From IMG/VR virus record IMGVR_UViG_3300017721_001436, positions 1-34,374 of that record: 34,374 nucleotides of DNA, one strand, 5' to 3'. The notes under the pieces were generated by a model. It worked only from the letters and a program-made list of their open reading frames with translations. It was not told where the DNA came from and made no database searches. This stretch comes from a virus. Lineage: Duplodnaviria > Caudoviricetes. Both the position numbers and the translations under genes were made by a program. Positions within the stretch are counted from its first letter, which is position 1, and the number at the start of each line of letters is the position of its first letter. Positions 1 to 9,138 of this stretch are shown here, piece after piece.

Positions 1-13
1 GAATCACTTAGCT

Positions 14-42
14 AATATAGGTCAGAACGAGCCTCCTGTCAA
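14..42 (-). promoter_or_regulatory. sigma70-type (early) promoter for a gene left of the window
   Basis: Minus strand TTGACA (42-37), 17 bp spacer, TATATT (19-14). Confidence 0.7.
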
Positions 43-527
43 CCCCTTATCCAATCTTTTTTGAGTCTCACTCCAAGAACTCTCTTACATAACTCAAGAA
101 ATACCTGTTGTGGCCTGCCTTTCCACCCATACCATTTAGTTTTCTTTCCTGTATCATATGGCGGATTCGCTTTCACTGACCAGTATTGTTCAGCAGTACA
201 ATCATATACAACATCACCATGTTGTAACCACCAGTGTTTCTCACCACGATAATCTTCACCACTATATGATACTAACTCATCACTATCGATAAGAAAACAT
301 AATGCTTGAGTAGAATGATAGCAATGACCATAGAATCTATTCATACCCTTATCTTTAGGGTACATTAATCTCTTTCCTTTCAATAGATCTACAGTAAGTT
401 CTTTTTGAATAAGACTCATTACTTCTTCAATATCATCAAAAGACCATGGCTCAAACTCTAGAACCCTGGTCTCTGTTATTTTATTTCCATTATAACGATG
501 CCTTTCAACACTCTTTAAAGAGCTCAT
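39..527 (-). CDS. Hypothetical protein with possible transglutaminase/papain-like Cys-His-Asp triad
   Basis: 162 aa ORF behind a consensus promoter; motifs GHCYHSTQAL ... HWWL ... YDCTAEQY. Confidence 0.6.
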   Translation of the reverse strand: MSSLKSVERHRYNGNKITETRVLEFEPWSFDDIEEVMSLIQKELTVDLLKGKRLMYPKDKGMNRFYGHCYHSTQALCFLIDSDELVSYSGEDYRGEKHWWLQHGDVVYDCTAEQYWSVKANPPYDTGKKTKWYGWKGRPQQVFLELCKRVLGVRLKKDWIRG

Positions 528-554
528 TATGTTTTATTATCCTGGACAAGCCAG

Positions 555-583
555 ATTATACACATATTTCAAGGTCTTGTCAA
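555..583 (-). promoter_or_regulatory. Consensus sigma70 promoter
   Basis: Minus strand TTGACA (583-578), 17 bp, TATAAT (560-555), about 28 bp upstream of the ATG at 527. Confidence 0.85.
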
Positions 584-585
584 GT

Positions 586-2907
586 TTAATAGAAATTATT
601 CCAACTAGATCCATCCCAACCTTGATGCTTACCAGTGCTTGTATTAAAGATAATTGCTCCTGCTTCTGGGTTACCACCATCAATATTATTTCTTTCAGAA
701 GTTGTTACCACTGGAGGTAGAATATAACTATCAGTGGCAAAACCAACATCAATTACGGCTCTGGGGTTTGCTACACCTGCACCAATCTTTCCACGACCCT
801 CAAAGGTGGTACCAAGTCTTACAGTACCCGCTGTTATTGTATTTTCAAAAGTTGCAATACCACTGACAAGTATATCTTCTTGTAGTTCAAGGGTGGACGT
901 AATTACTGGAATAGATGCCCCAAAACCAACACTGAGAGTTTGTCCAAGATCTAAAGAAGAGAATGTTGAAATTCCACTTGTTGTAAGAAAATTCTGATCA
1001 GGCCCGAAAACAAGTGGATTTCCCGCAAGATCCAAATTATCAATAGTTACTGCAATACCAGTAAAGTTTGCACCACTAGTGTTAATGCCTATACCAGCAC
1101 CAAAATCGATACCAGCTGCAAAGGTCGAAATACCTGCTTCTATACTTGAATTGATCCGTACATCATTAAAAGTAGATACTCCAGCAACACTTAGATCAGT
1201 AACTTCAAGTCTTGGCAAAAGTGGGAAGTGTGCTATATCCGAAAATGTAGAAATTCCACCAACAGTCAATCCAAAGGTATCAAGATTTCTAAGTGTTGTG
1301 ACTCCAGCAGTTGTCGCATAATTGAAGTCGGCAAATGAAGTGAAGTCAGGTGCTTTTATGAACTTTACATCAAAGAATGTAGAAATACCTGATGTATTAT
1401 TAAGATTGATAACTACATCAGGTAATGTTACATCATTAGTAACAACCAATTGTTCAATAGTTGCAATGTTATTTACATTGAGATCGTTAGCTGTTGCAAC
1501 GCCTACAATGCTATTATATCTAATTGAACCTTGAACATGAAGATCACCAGCAATATCAACCTTACTACTAAATGTAGATGCTCCAGTTACTGAAGCACCG
1601 CCAACTACATTCAAAGTTGTAGGTGGATTTGTGTTACCTAAACCTAAACGACCATCACCAGTAAGAGTCAAAATCTCAACTGCGGGATCAGCTTCTAACC
1701 ACCTAAAGTTTCCATTAGCAGTAGATTGATCACGTCCAAGGTAATATGAAACATCACCAGTCGCATAGTTTGATAGTTCTAGATCTTCATCATTGTATCT
1801 TAGTTCTACAGTGCTAGCACCAATACCATAATTGCCGCCTATATTAAGAGCAGCAAAACCAGACTCACTATGAACTTCTAATCTAGTATCTGCGGTGTCA
1901 GTGATAACAACCTTGGATGTTGTTGCTTGATCAGTACCAATACCAATCTTGCTATTAATAATATTAAATTCTGATGTTCCAACTTTGAAACTATTTCCTG
2001 TAACAGTTAGTACACCAACATTAGCATCTCCAGTAATGTTTGCACGATTGACTGTTAATCCAATACCTAGATCTGCATGGTTTGCAGATGTAAATCCAAC
2101 ACGAATGTCGGGTGTTCCCGTTAATGTTCTAGCAGTTGAAGCTGTAGCAATTACAGTTCCAGTTGCTTCTAGATCTACAAAAGTTGAGATACCTGATGAT
2201 AAAATATCACCAGTTACATTACCAGTAAATGGTCCACTAAATTCAGCGGCAGTGATTATACCAGCAAACTCTAGATTTTGTTCTAACTTCTCTACTGGTA
2301 AAATTGGAATCTTTGATAGTTCTAATCTTGGTATTCTTGCCTGAGTTACGATACCAGAAGTAATATTATCAGCATCAAGATCTGTTAGATTAGCACCATC
2401 ACCATGGAATCTAGTTGCAGTTACAGCAGCTGAAACATATACATTTCCTTCTCTAACACCAACACCATTAGCACCTATACTTTCTGGATTGTCACCAATT
2501 TGTAATGTGTATTGTGGAACTAGAGTTGAAATACCAACATTTCCACCATTATAAACACTAGATACACCAATACCTAGATCAACATCAATCCATTGAGATG
2601 TTGGGATATTTTGCAATCCCGCTCCATCACCAAAGAATTTGATATCTGTAGCTGTTCCAGTGGATGAAGTAATAATACCTGAAAAGACTGATACGATACC
2701 AGCTTTAACTCCTGTGGTAAAAGTTGCTCCGCGACTAACAGTTACGTCAGTAATTGCAACACCAGTGAAGTTGGCTTCATTTCTAACATCAAAGAAAGTG
2801 GTTGGAACTGATGTTCCAATTCCAACCAGAGATCCATTTACAACAAACGTACTATCATCAACCTGAACACCTTCTCTGAAATTTAAAACTTTCTTAAAAT
2901 TAGCCAT
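586..2907 (-). CDS. Virion structural / tail fibre-like protein
   Basis: 773 aa, G/T/S/V/I-rich; repeated (V/I)GIGT and GISTF motifs typical of cyanomyovirus fibre-like proteins; C-terminal GAIIFNTSTGKHQGWDGSSW; late promoter upstream. Confidence 0.7.
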   Translation of the reverse strand: MANFKKVLNFREGVQVDDSTFVVNGSLVGIGTSVPTTFFDVRNEANFTGVAITDVTVSRGATFTTGVKAGIVSVFSGIITSSTGTATDIKFFGDGAGLQNIPTSQWIDVDLGIGVSSVYNGGNVGISTLVPQYTLQIGDNPESIGANGVGVREGNVYVSAAVTATRFHGDGANLTDLDADNITSGIVTQARIPRLELSKIPILPVEKLEQNLEFAGIITAAEFSGPFTGNVTGDILSSGISTFVDLEATGTVIATASTARTLTGTPDIRVGFTSANHADLGIGLTVNRANITGDANVGVLTVTGNSFKVGTSEFNIINSKIGIGTDQATTSKVVITDTADTRLEVHSESGFAALNIGGNYGIGASTVELRYNDEDLELSNYATGDVSYYLGRDQSTANGNFRWLEADPAVEILTLTGDGRLGLGNTNPPTTLNVVGGASVTGASTFSSKVDIAGDLHVQGSIRYNSIVGVATANDLNVNNIATIEQLVVTNDVTLPDVVINLNNTSGISTFFDVKFIKAPDFTSFADFNYATTAGVTTLRNLDTFGLTVGGISTFSDIAHFPLLPRLEVTDLSVAGVSTFNDVRINSSIEAGISTFAAGIDFGAGIGINTSGANFTGIAVTIDNLDLAGNPLVFGPDQNFLTTSGISTFSSLDLGQTLSVGFGASIPVITSTLELQEDILVSGIATFENTITAGTVRLGTTFEGRGKIGAGVANPRAVIDVGFATDSYILPPVVTTSERNNIDGGNPEAGAIIFNTSTGKHQGWDGSSWNNFY

Positions 2908-2926
2908 CGATATTGGTGTTTTTTAG

Positions 2927-2933
2927 TATTTAT
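2927..2933 (-). promoter_or_regulatory. T4-type late promoter (ATAAATA)
   Basis: AATAAATA on minus strand overlapping the upstream stop codon, about 20 bp before the ATG at 2907. Confidence 0.65.
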
Positions 2934-5900
2934 TATTGAACGCGAATGATGTATGATAATGCAAGATATGGTGGTAGATTTGCATTAGTTCCACTTACAC
3001 CAGCAGCTGTTGGAGTAATGTCATGGTTGTGAGCACCTTCACTATTTGTGGTGTGAATATGTCCACCAGCATCAACAGCGCCGTGAGCATGACTACCAGC
3101 ATCAACAGTATTGTGAGCATGACCACCAGCATTGTTGGTATTATGTGCGTGACCACCAGTATTGTTGGTGTTATGTCCATGACCACCAGTATTGTTGGTG
3201 TTATGTCCATGATTACCATTATTACTCATGTTGTGGTTGTGACCACCACCACCACCAGTTCCACGGTTTCTATATGATTGAGTTGCTGACTGGTTGTTTC
3301 TATTACCACGCTCTACACTACCATTTGCTCTTTGGTAATTATGTGCATGATTACCATTATTATTCATATTGTGGTTGTGACCACCATTACCACTGGTATT
3401 ATGCCTGTGAGCACCAGCATTGTTAGTATTATGGGCGTGAGCTCCAGCATTGTTGGTATTATGAGCGTGAGCAGCAGCTGCTACTACGTTATGAGCATGA
3501 TCTGCAGATGCTTGAATTGAGTGACCATGATTTGCAACTTGACTTGTGCCATGATCATGATCAGAAGCGGAAACAGAATTAATAACGTGGTTGTGTGCAA
3601 CTGTAAGTGCATCAGTAGATCCACCAGATGCTCCCATTGCATATGATCCCTCAGTAGCAACAACAAACTTATCACTCAAATCTGGTAGTAAGAATGTAGT
3701 TCCAGATGGATTTGCGCCGAATGGGAAGACAATTCCACCATTTGTTAGTGCATCATATAGATCTGGATATGTTGCCTGATCCAACTCAGCACCATCCGCT
3801 AGTTTCCAGTTAGCAGGAATCTTAGAAGAATGTCCTGCATAGTTCATAACACCACCGATGGGTGGAATGTTGGGTACAATTAGGAAGTTTGCGGATAGTT
3901 TGCCAACAACATCCATATTGTCGTTGACTCTAACAATACTAGTTGAATCAGATTGTAGTGTTAGATCACCAGTTGCAGTCGTGATAACACTTGTGCTAGC
4001 TCCAACACCAATTTTGATGTTTGCAAAGTCAGCACCAGCTTTAGCATTGAGTTGACTGATAAATGTACCAACACCAGCAACATTTAAATTACCATCAATA
4101 TTGGTATTTCCTTGTACGTTAAAATCACTACCTAGTTCTAGGTTTCCGTCAAGTGTTGTGTTTCCAGAAACATTTAGTGTATTGTCAACAGAAACTGGAC
4201 CACCGAAGGAAGATAGAATAGTCTTAGAAGCACCACCTTCAACAGTTAGTCTGTCATTAACAACAACCTCGTCAAAGATAACGGATAGAACTGAAGGATC
4301 TTCGCCACGAATACTAGGAATGGGTGCATTGAAGGTTGTCTCTTCACCAGTAGATGGATTGATAATCTTGTTACCAATAAAGAAGTCACCGTCATTATTC
4401 ATAGCGGTGTATACAACCACACCAGCTGATCTGTTCTGAGACTGTGTTAAGAATTCTTCCTTATCAGTTAGAGTAATTGTCTGGACTTGTGGGAGACCAG
4501 TAGAATAGTTACCAGGACCATAACCAAGATATTCAAAGGTATGACCAGATGCACGAAGGATAGATGGTCTTCTTAGTTCTGTGCCAAATACCTTAATTCT
4601 ACGAACTAAAGCACCCTCTTGATGATTCTTAGTATTAGAACCGAGATAACCTCTAATAACTACCAATTCATTATTAAGTGATCCTGAGAATTCAGAACTT
4701 GCAATTCTCATAATTTCACCATCAATCTCAAGATAAGTTCCTAGTGGGAATCTATCTGTTGTAGAGATGCCAGAGTTTGCAAGGTTAATTACAATCTTAT
4801 TATCATCTTTTCCAGAACCTAGATCGTTACCAAGTAAACCAGAATCTCCATCCCAAAGATTTATACCTCTAGAACCTAGTGATTCTGTTTCATCACTGAT
4901 GTTTCCACCTCTAGCTGCGAATGTTGAGGGTAGAACCATAAATGGATCTGTCTGCAAATTATTGCTAGTAGTGATTGTGAACGTATTAATACCAACTCTT
5001 TCTAATACATTATACTCACCAACATTATTGTTTGAGGAGTCTACGATCTTAAGACTTGAACCAGAGATCAAACCATGAGCATCATTACATACAATAGTGT
5101 TAACATTACCAACTTTAGTAATAGTGCTAATTGCTACTGACTTACCAGAATTTACAACAAATTGATTCAACATAACATTTGGATCACCAGATGTCATCGC
5201 AAAAGCAACTTTATTTGCATCTGGGATACTTGTAATTCTATAGATGCCATCAGTAGTCTTACCAACACCAGTTAGTTGAATGGCATTATCATCGGAAGTA
5301 GAAATACCACTGTTTGAAATAGTCAGTGATGCTCCAGAGAATCCATCAAAATTAAGAATTTCGCCATCTACATATCCAGAACCAGGAGAAATAATCTTTG
5401 CACCAATAATATTACCACCAGATCCAACTGTAACTTTAGATGTTGCACCATCCCATGTAGATGTTCCATCATTGATTAGTTTTACATTATAATAGTTTCC
5501 TGCAGCAAATCCAGTTCCACCTGATAGTGAACTATATGTTACAATGCCAGAAAGTCCATGTCTTCTGTCCAGAGTTAGGGTAGTAATACCACTAGAATTG
5601 TCTCTTTCAATAGAAATGACAGATCTACCAACACCAATAACTCTACTAATCTTATCAACAGTTTCTCTTGTAATGCTGCTTTCTGGATCATCAATAGCAA
5701 CATCCCCCATAGGGTCTCTCTTAGCGAAAGACTTAGCTGAAGGTGGGTTCTCACTTAGATTGTCTCTATCAAGTTGTGGATAGAAGTTTTCAATTTTGGG
5801 TAGATAATTCTGACCAGTAAATTCTTCAGGGATACTGTTGTCAGCAGATAGAGCTAAGAAGTGGAAGATGCCATCACTAATATTAGGGATATGCTTCTGA

Positions 5901-8767
5901 ATTACCTGAGATCTATAAACTGTAGCATTAACTTGGTTGTTAACTTTCTGGAACCTAGGCATCAATGATACTCTAGTATTCATGTCAGAAGTAAAGTCTC
6001 CAGGTTGTCTAGAGTTACCATCTACATCGTTTGTTCCGTAAGTAAATGTTTGATCGTCATTAATATCAGTGACAGAGAATTCTCCATTAAATCCACTTAG
6101 TGCAGCACCAGTGCTATTTGTGGTACTCTTAACATCAACAATTTGTACTTTATCACCAACATGCAATTCATGTGGCAATTCACATCTTACGACTACATTT
6201 GAACCACTAACACTACATGTTGCAATATATCTTACGTTTCGATTGTAGTCATAATCATCTAAGTTTAAACCAGTGAGTGTGAAGTCTTGGTCAGTCCTTA
6301 CATTGGTAGTGGCACTATCTTGTAATACAAATCCCTCAACAGGGTTTCTACCTAGATCAGCTTCCTTAGGTATAAAGTATCTAAGTTTATAAATCCTATC
6401 ATTTAGGTTTCTGCTATCAGGAACTCTTTTAATAAAAGTTTCTGATGTCTGTGGACCAATTCCAGTAACACCACCAGCAGAGTCTAGGAGTTGATTGTAG
6501 ATATCATTATTTTCCTCTACGTGAACAAACCAGTTATTGTAGTTGGGGTCATATAATACAGGACATCCAATATCATTAACACCTTTATCAGATACACGAC
6601 TTTCAACTCTTAAACCTGTTCCACCATAGACTGAAATAGTTTCACCTTTCCGAGCATCTGATTCTGTAGAAGCAACTTCAAATGTAATACTATCAATGAC
6701 AACTGCAAAATAGATTGTATTTTCTTCTAGGTTTTCTGGCAAATCGCCATCTTCGCTAAAGATACGAATCTTTTCACCAGTAACTAAATTATGTGGGGCT
6801 GGATCTGTAGAGAACTCTCCATTTTCAGTGAGACCTCCAATAGGAGTAATTCTCTCCTTAGTTCCCTGTCCACTAACAATAGTGGATGAGGTTGATACTA
6901 TATTATCTGTAATTAGAATTGGAGCAGAATAATCCACACCACCAATCTTTACAAATAGATTATCATTTTTCTTAGCACCAATTCTGTATCCTTGGATCAA
7001 AACACTTGGTGGATTATCTCTATCAGTAAAGTTTTTCAGATAAAGGTGACTTGATACACCAACAGATGTAGTTAAACCAACATCTAAACCTAACCAATCA
7101 AAAGTTCTTTCCTTTTTTTCTACAGTCTTAGGAGCTACAATAGATGTAATATATCCTAGATCATCTTTTGCAAATGCTTCTTTCTTAAATCCGTCAGAAA
7201 CAAGCGCAATCTGACCAAAGTTAGAGTTTGAGTTTGTAATAGATGCGTCACCACCAGACTCACACATAAAGTGCTTATTAAATCCAATAGCGAAAACAGA
7301 CACCAACTGAATGATGGCATCATTGCTCATCTTAACGTGAGTAGTTTCCCAACCACTCCTATAGATAGCGTTACTATCTAAGTGATAAACAGTATTTGGG
7401 TTGGTAGAAGATGAACCTGATGCAAGTTCAGAACCTGTGACTTTTGTGATCGTGATTCCGTCATAAGTTCTCGATACAGGATTATATTTTACAAAAGATC
7501 TATCGTCTTTTTGAAGAGACACAGCTGTAAACTGTGCAACAACCATTGAACGGAATCCAGAGGCATTTTTACCATTAGCTATCATTCCGTTCATGCCATA
7601 AACGGAGCGTAGAGAGACGTTAAAGATATATGGAGACGCACCTGTGACTGTATCAGTCTCAATGATTACTTTCGCTCCAGAGGTCGTTCCAGTGGCAGCT
7701 AGGAGGGGATCGACAGCAGGTAATAGATAGGTAAATTTTGTACTACTGGGTACATCTTGTACGAATGTTGAGATATTATATGCATCAGGATTAACACCAG
7801 TAATCTTAACTGGAGTGCCTGAAGTTAGTCCATGTTCTGTCTGAGTTGTTACTGTAATTTGAGTGTTTGGTGTGATGCCATCACCAGAGATAATTGTCTT
7901 AATTTCTACTGGGTCAGCTGCGAAGGCACCAACGATTTCCCACTCAATTCTAGATTTGGAGAAACCACCAGGAAGTTGTGGATACTTCTGATCAATATTT
8001 CTACCAGATGCTTCGTTGAAAGCATTAGATAGTTTGCTATAATACATGTCAAGGTCAGTTAACCCTGTACCATCAACCTCATTTACACCATCAGCATAAC
8101 CAAAACAAGTAAGTTTGTTATGTGAAAATGTAGGTTTAGATCTATTTGAAGGTGAGAAGTCTTGGGAGTCAGTATATACAGTAGAGTCTAGTTGTCCATC
8201 GAAGAAAGTAAAATCTCTAAAGTAACAAGTACCAGTTAGACGAATAAGATCTGATGCAGGAACACCATCATCTGTAGGGTTTGGAACATATAGCGGACGA
8301 ACCTTGGTCTTTCTTAAATCAAGACCAACGATTGCAGTACCTCTAGGAAGAATAACTCCACCGTTCACACTATTGAACTTGTAGAGCATATTGTCTTCAA
8401 CACCCAAATTGAAGACTGATTCAACAGATAAAGTTAGAGTAGATTGTGCAAGTGTTTCTACACCAGCAGGAGATACAGCCTTTGCTGTACCATTATCATC
8501 TTTGATTTTAAATCCAGGTCTATTATCAATTATATGTTCGCCTGGGAACAATAGAATTGTAGTTCTATCGAACAAATCGTTACTATTTCCTCGGATGTAG
8601 GAAAAACGGGCAGCTTCAATCAGAGCCCTTTGTATTGTTTTGAACGGTTGTGATAAAGAATTACCTTGGTTTTCAATACTATCGGTAGCACCAATGTCAT
8701 TTGGATTGACATATAGTAGTTTACCTTCGGTGTTCTTAATAAAATTTTGGAGCTTACTAAGAGGCAT
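2933..8767 (-). CDS. Large virion structural protein / tail fibre with C-terminal tail-collar domain and His-x-His needle
   Basis: 1944 aa; N-terminus (LYVNPND...PFKTIQRALIEAARFSY) typical of cyanophage structural proteins; repeated T-x-x-x-H-G-L modules; collar motif PIGGVMNYAG...WKLADG...YPDLY...FLLPDL; His repeats; terminal NLPPYLALSYIIR. Confidence 0.8.
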   Translation of the reverse strand: MPLSKLQNFIKNTEGKLLYVNPNDIGATDSIENQGNSLSQPFKTIQRALIEAARFSYIRGNSNDLFDRTTILLFPGEHIIDNRPGFKIKDDNGTAKAVSPAGVETLAQSTLTLSVESVFNLGVEDNMLYKFNSVNGGVILPRGTAIVGLDLRKTKVRPLYVPNPTDDGVPASDLIRLTGTCYFRDFTFFDGQLDSTVYTDSQDFSPSNRSKPTFSHNKLTCFGYADGVNEVDGTGLTDLDMYYSKLSNAFNEASGRNIDQKYPQLPGGFSKSRIEWEIVGAFAADPVEIKTIISGDGITPNTQITVTTQTEHGLTSGTPVKITGVNPDAYNISTFVQDVPSSTKFTYLLPAVDPLLAATGTTSGAKVIIETDTVTGASPYIFNVSLRSVYGMNGMIANGKNASGFRSMVVAQFTAVSLQKDDRSFVKYNPVSRTYDGITITKVTGSELASGSSSTNPNTVYHLDSNAIYRSGWETTHVKMSNDAIIQLVSVFAIGFNKHFMCESGGDASITNSNSNFGQIALVSDGFKKEAFAKDDLGYITSIVAPKTVEKKERTFDWLGLDVGLTTSVGVSSHLYLKNFTDRDNPPSVLIQGYRIGAKKNDNLFVKIGGVDYSAPILITDNIVSTSSTIVSGQGTKERITPIGGLTENGEFSTDPAPHNLVTGEKIRIFSEDGDLPENLEENTIYFAVVIDSITFEVASTESDARKGETISVYGGTGLRVESRVSDKGVNDIGCPVLYDPNYNNWFVHVEENNDIYNQLLDSAGGVTGIGPQTSETFIKRVPDSRNLNDRIYKLRYFIPKEADLGRNPVEGFVLQDSATTNVRTDQDFTLTGLNLDDYDYNRNVRYIATCSVSGSNVVVRCELPHELHVGDKVQIVDVKSTTNSTGAALSGFNGEFSVTDINDDQTFTYGTNDVDGNSRQPGDFTSDMNTRVSLMPRFQKVNNQVNATVYRSQVIQKHIPNISDGIFHFLALSADNSIPEEFTGQNYLPKIENFYPQLDRDNLSENPPSAKSFAKRDPMGDVAIDDPESSITRETVDKISRVIGVGRSVISIERDNSSGITTLTLDRRHGLSGIVTYSSLSGGTGFAAGNYYNVKLINDGTSTWDGATSKVTVGSGGNIIGAKIISPGSGYVDGEILNFDGFSGASLTISNSGISTSDDNAIQLTGVGKTTDGIYRITSIPDANKVAFAMTSGDPNVMLNQFVVNSGKSVAISTITKVGNVNTIVCNDAHGLISGSSLKIVDSSNNNVGEYNVLERVGINTFTITTSNNLQTDPFMVLPSTFAARGGNISDETESLGSRGINLWDGDSGLLGNDLGSGKDDNKIVINLANSGISTTDRFPLGTYLEIDGEIMRIASSEFSGSLNNELVVIRGYLGSNTKNHQEGALVRRIKVFGTELRRPSILRASGHTFEYLGYGPGNYSTGLPQVQTITLTDKEEFLTQSQNRSAGVVVYTAMNNDGDFFIGNKIINPSTGEETTFNAPIPSIRGEDPSVLSVIFDEVVVNDRLTVEGGASKTILSSFGGPVSVDNTLNVSGNTTLDGNLELGSDFNVQGNTNIDGNLNVAGVGTFISQLNAKAGADFANIKIGVGASTSVITTATGDLTLQSDSTSIVRVNDNMDVVGKLSANFLIVPNIPPIGGVMNYAGHSSKIPANWKLADGAELDQATYPDLYDALTNGGIVFPFGANPSGTTFLLPDLSDKFVVATEGSYAMGASGGSTDALTVAHNHVINSVSASDHDHGTSQVANHGHSIQASADHAHNVVAAAAHAHNTNNAGAHAHNTNNAGAHRHNTSGNGGHNHNMNNNGNHAHNYQRANGSVERGNRNNQSATQSYRNRGTGGGGGHNHNMSNNGNHGHNTNNTGGHGHNTNNTGGHAHNTNNAGGHAHNTVDAGSHAHGAVDAGGHIHTTNSEGAHNHDITPTAAGVSGTNANLPPYLALSYIIRVQ
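3024..3595 (-). repeat. 30-bp (10-codon) tandem repeat array encoding HxH motifs, in two arms
   Basis: Units such as HAHNTNNAGA and HGHNTNNTGG; 3151-3180 and 3181-3210 are identical 30-mers (gaccaccagtattgttggtgttatgtccat). Confidence 0.9.
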
Positions 8768-8781
8768 GGATATAGAAACGC

Positions 8782-8810
8782 TACTTGCTTTATGATATAT
8801 TTAGCAAGTA
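8782..8810 (-). promoter_or_regulatory. Late promoter (CTAAATA, 8804-8798) embedded in an 8-bp inverted repeat
   Basis: tacttgct (8782-8789) and agcaagta (8803-8810) are reverse complements; CTAAATA lies about 30 bp upstream of the ATG at 8767. Confidence 0.55.
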
Positions 8811-8819
8811 AACATTCAA

Positions 8820-8844
8820 TACCCGTGGTCGGGCTCAAACTAAC
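8820..8844 (-). pseudogene. Degenerate tRNA 3' remnant (T-arm plus acceptor 3' strand)
   Basis: Minus strand GTTAG-TTTGAGC-CCGAC-CACGGGT-A fits 5-bp T stem, 7-nt loop, 7-nt acceptor strand and discriminator; starts 2 nt after the intact tRNA. Confidence 0.5.
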
Positions 8845-8846
8845 TA

Positions 8847-8919
8847 TGCTTCCTGTGAGGATCGAACTCACCTTAGGCAAATTATGAGTTTGCTGCATTC
8901 ACCAGATTGCTAAGGAAGC
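8847..8919 (-). tRNA. tRNA with CAT anticodon, probably tRNA-Ile2 (lysidine type); elongator Met possible
   Basis: 73-nt cloverleaf: acceptor GCTTCCT/AGGAAGC, D arm GCA/TGC with GG, anticodon stem GCAAA/TTTGC with loop CTCATAA, T arm GTGAG-TTCGATC-CTCAC, discriminator A, no encoded CCA; no initiator features. Confidence 0.92.
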
Positions 8920-8925
8920 CAACTA

Positions 8926-9114
8926 TTACATTGTTAAGAGACCTGCATATGAAACTTGATCTTCTGGAAGACTCGCCTCTACAACTGCAAGAACATCAAG
9001 AAACTGTTTTGGAGTATTGCAAAAAATTTGGCGTTCAGAACCATCAGATCCCAATAGTTTGAAAGAACGCATACAAATGTCAATCACACACTTTTGAAGA
9101 GTTTCTGAAAACAT
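8926..9114 (-). CDS. Small hypothetical protein
   Basis: 62 aa ATG ORF directly behind a sigma70 promoter and directly before the tRNA. Confidence 0.7.
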   Translation of the reverse strand: MFSETLQKCVIDICMRSFKLLGSDGSERQIFCNTPKQFLDVLAVVEASLPEDQVSYAGLLTM

Positions 9115-9138
9115 GTGGTGTCTTTTGATTACCTAGTA

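Noticed and set aside
2995-3520. Repetitive alternative-frame ORFs (MTTSIVG..., HDHQYCW...) and a CRISPR-like look
   Set aside because: They arise from the 30-bp coding repeat; units are contiguous with no unique spacers.
654-8600. Many plus-strand ORFs opposite the two large structural genes
   Set aside because: Antisense shadows of Gly/Thr/Ser/Val-rich coding sequence; no motifs or expression signals.
8620-8898. 92-aa minus-strand ORF
   Set aside because: Overlaps the tRNA and the start of the 1944-aa gene in another frame.
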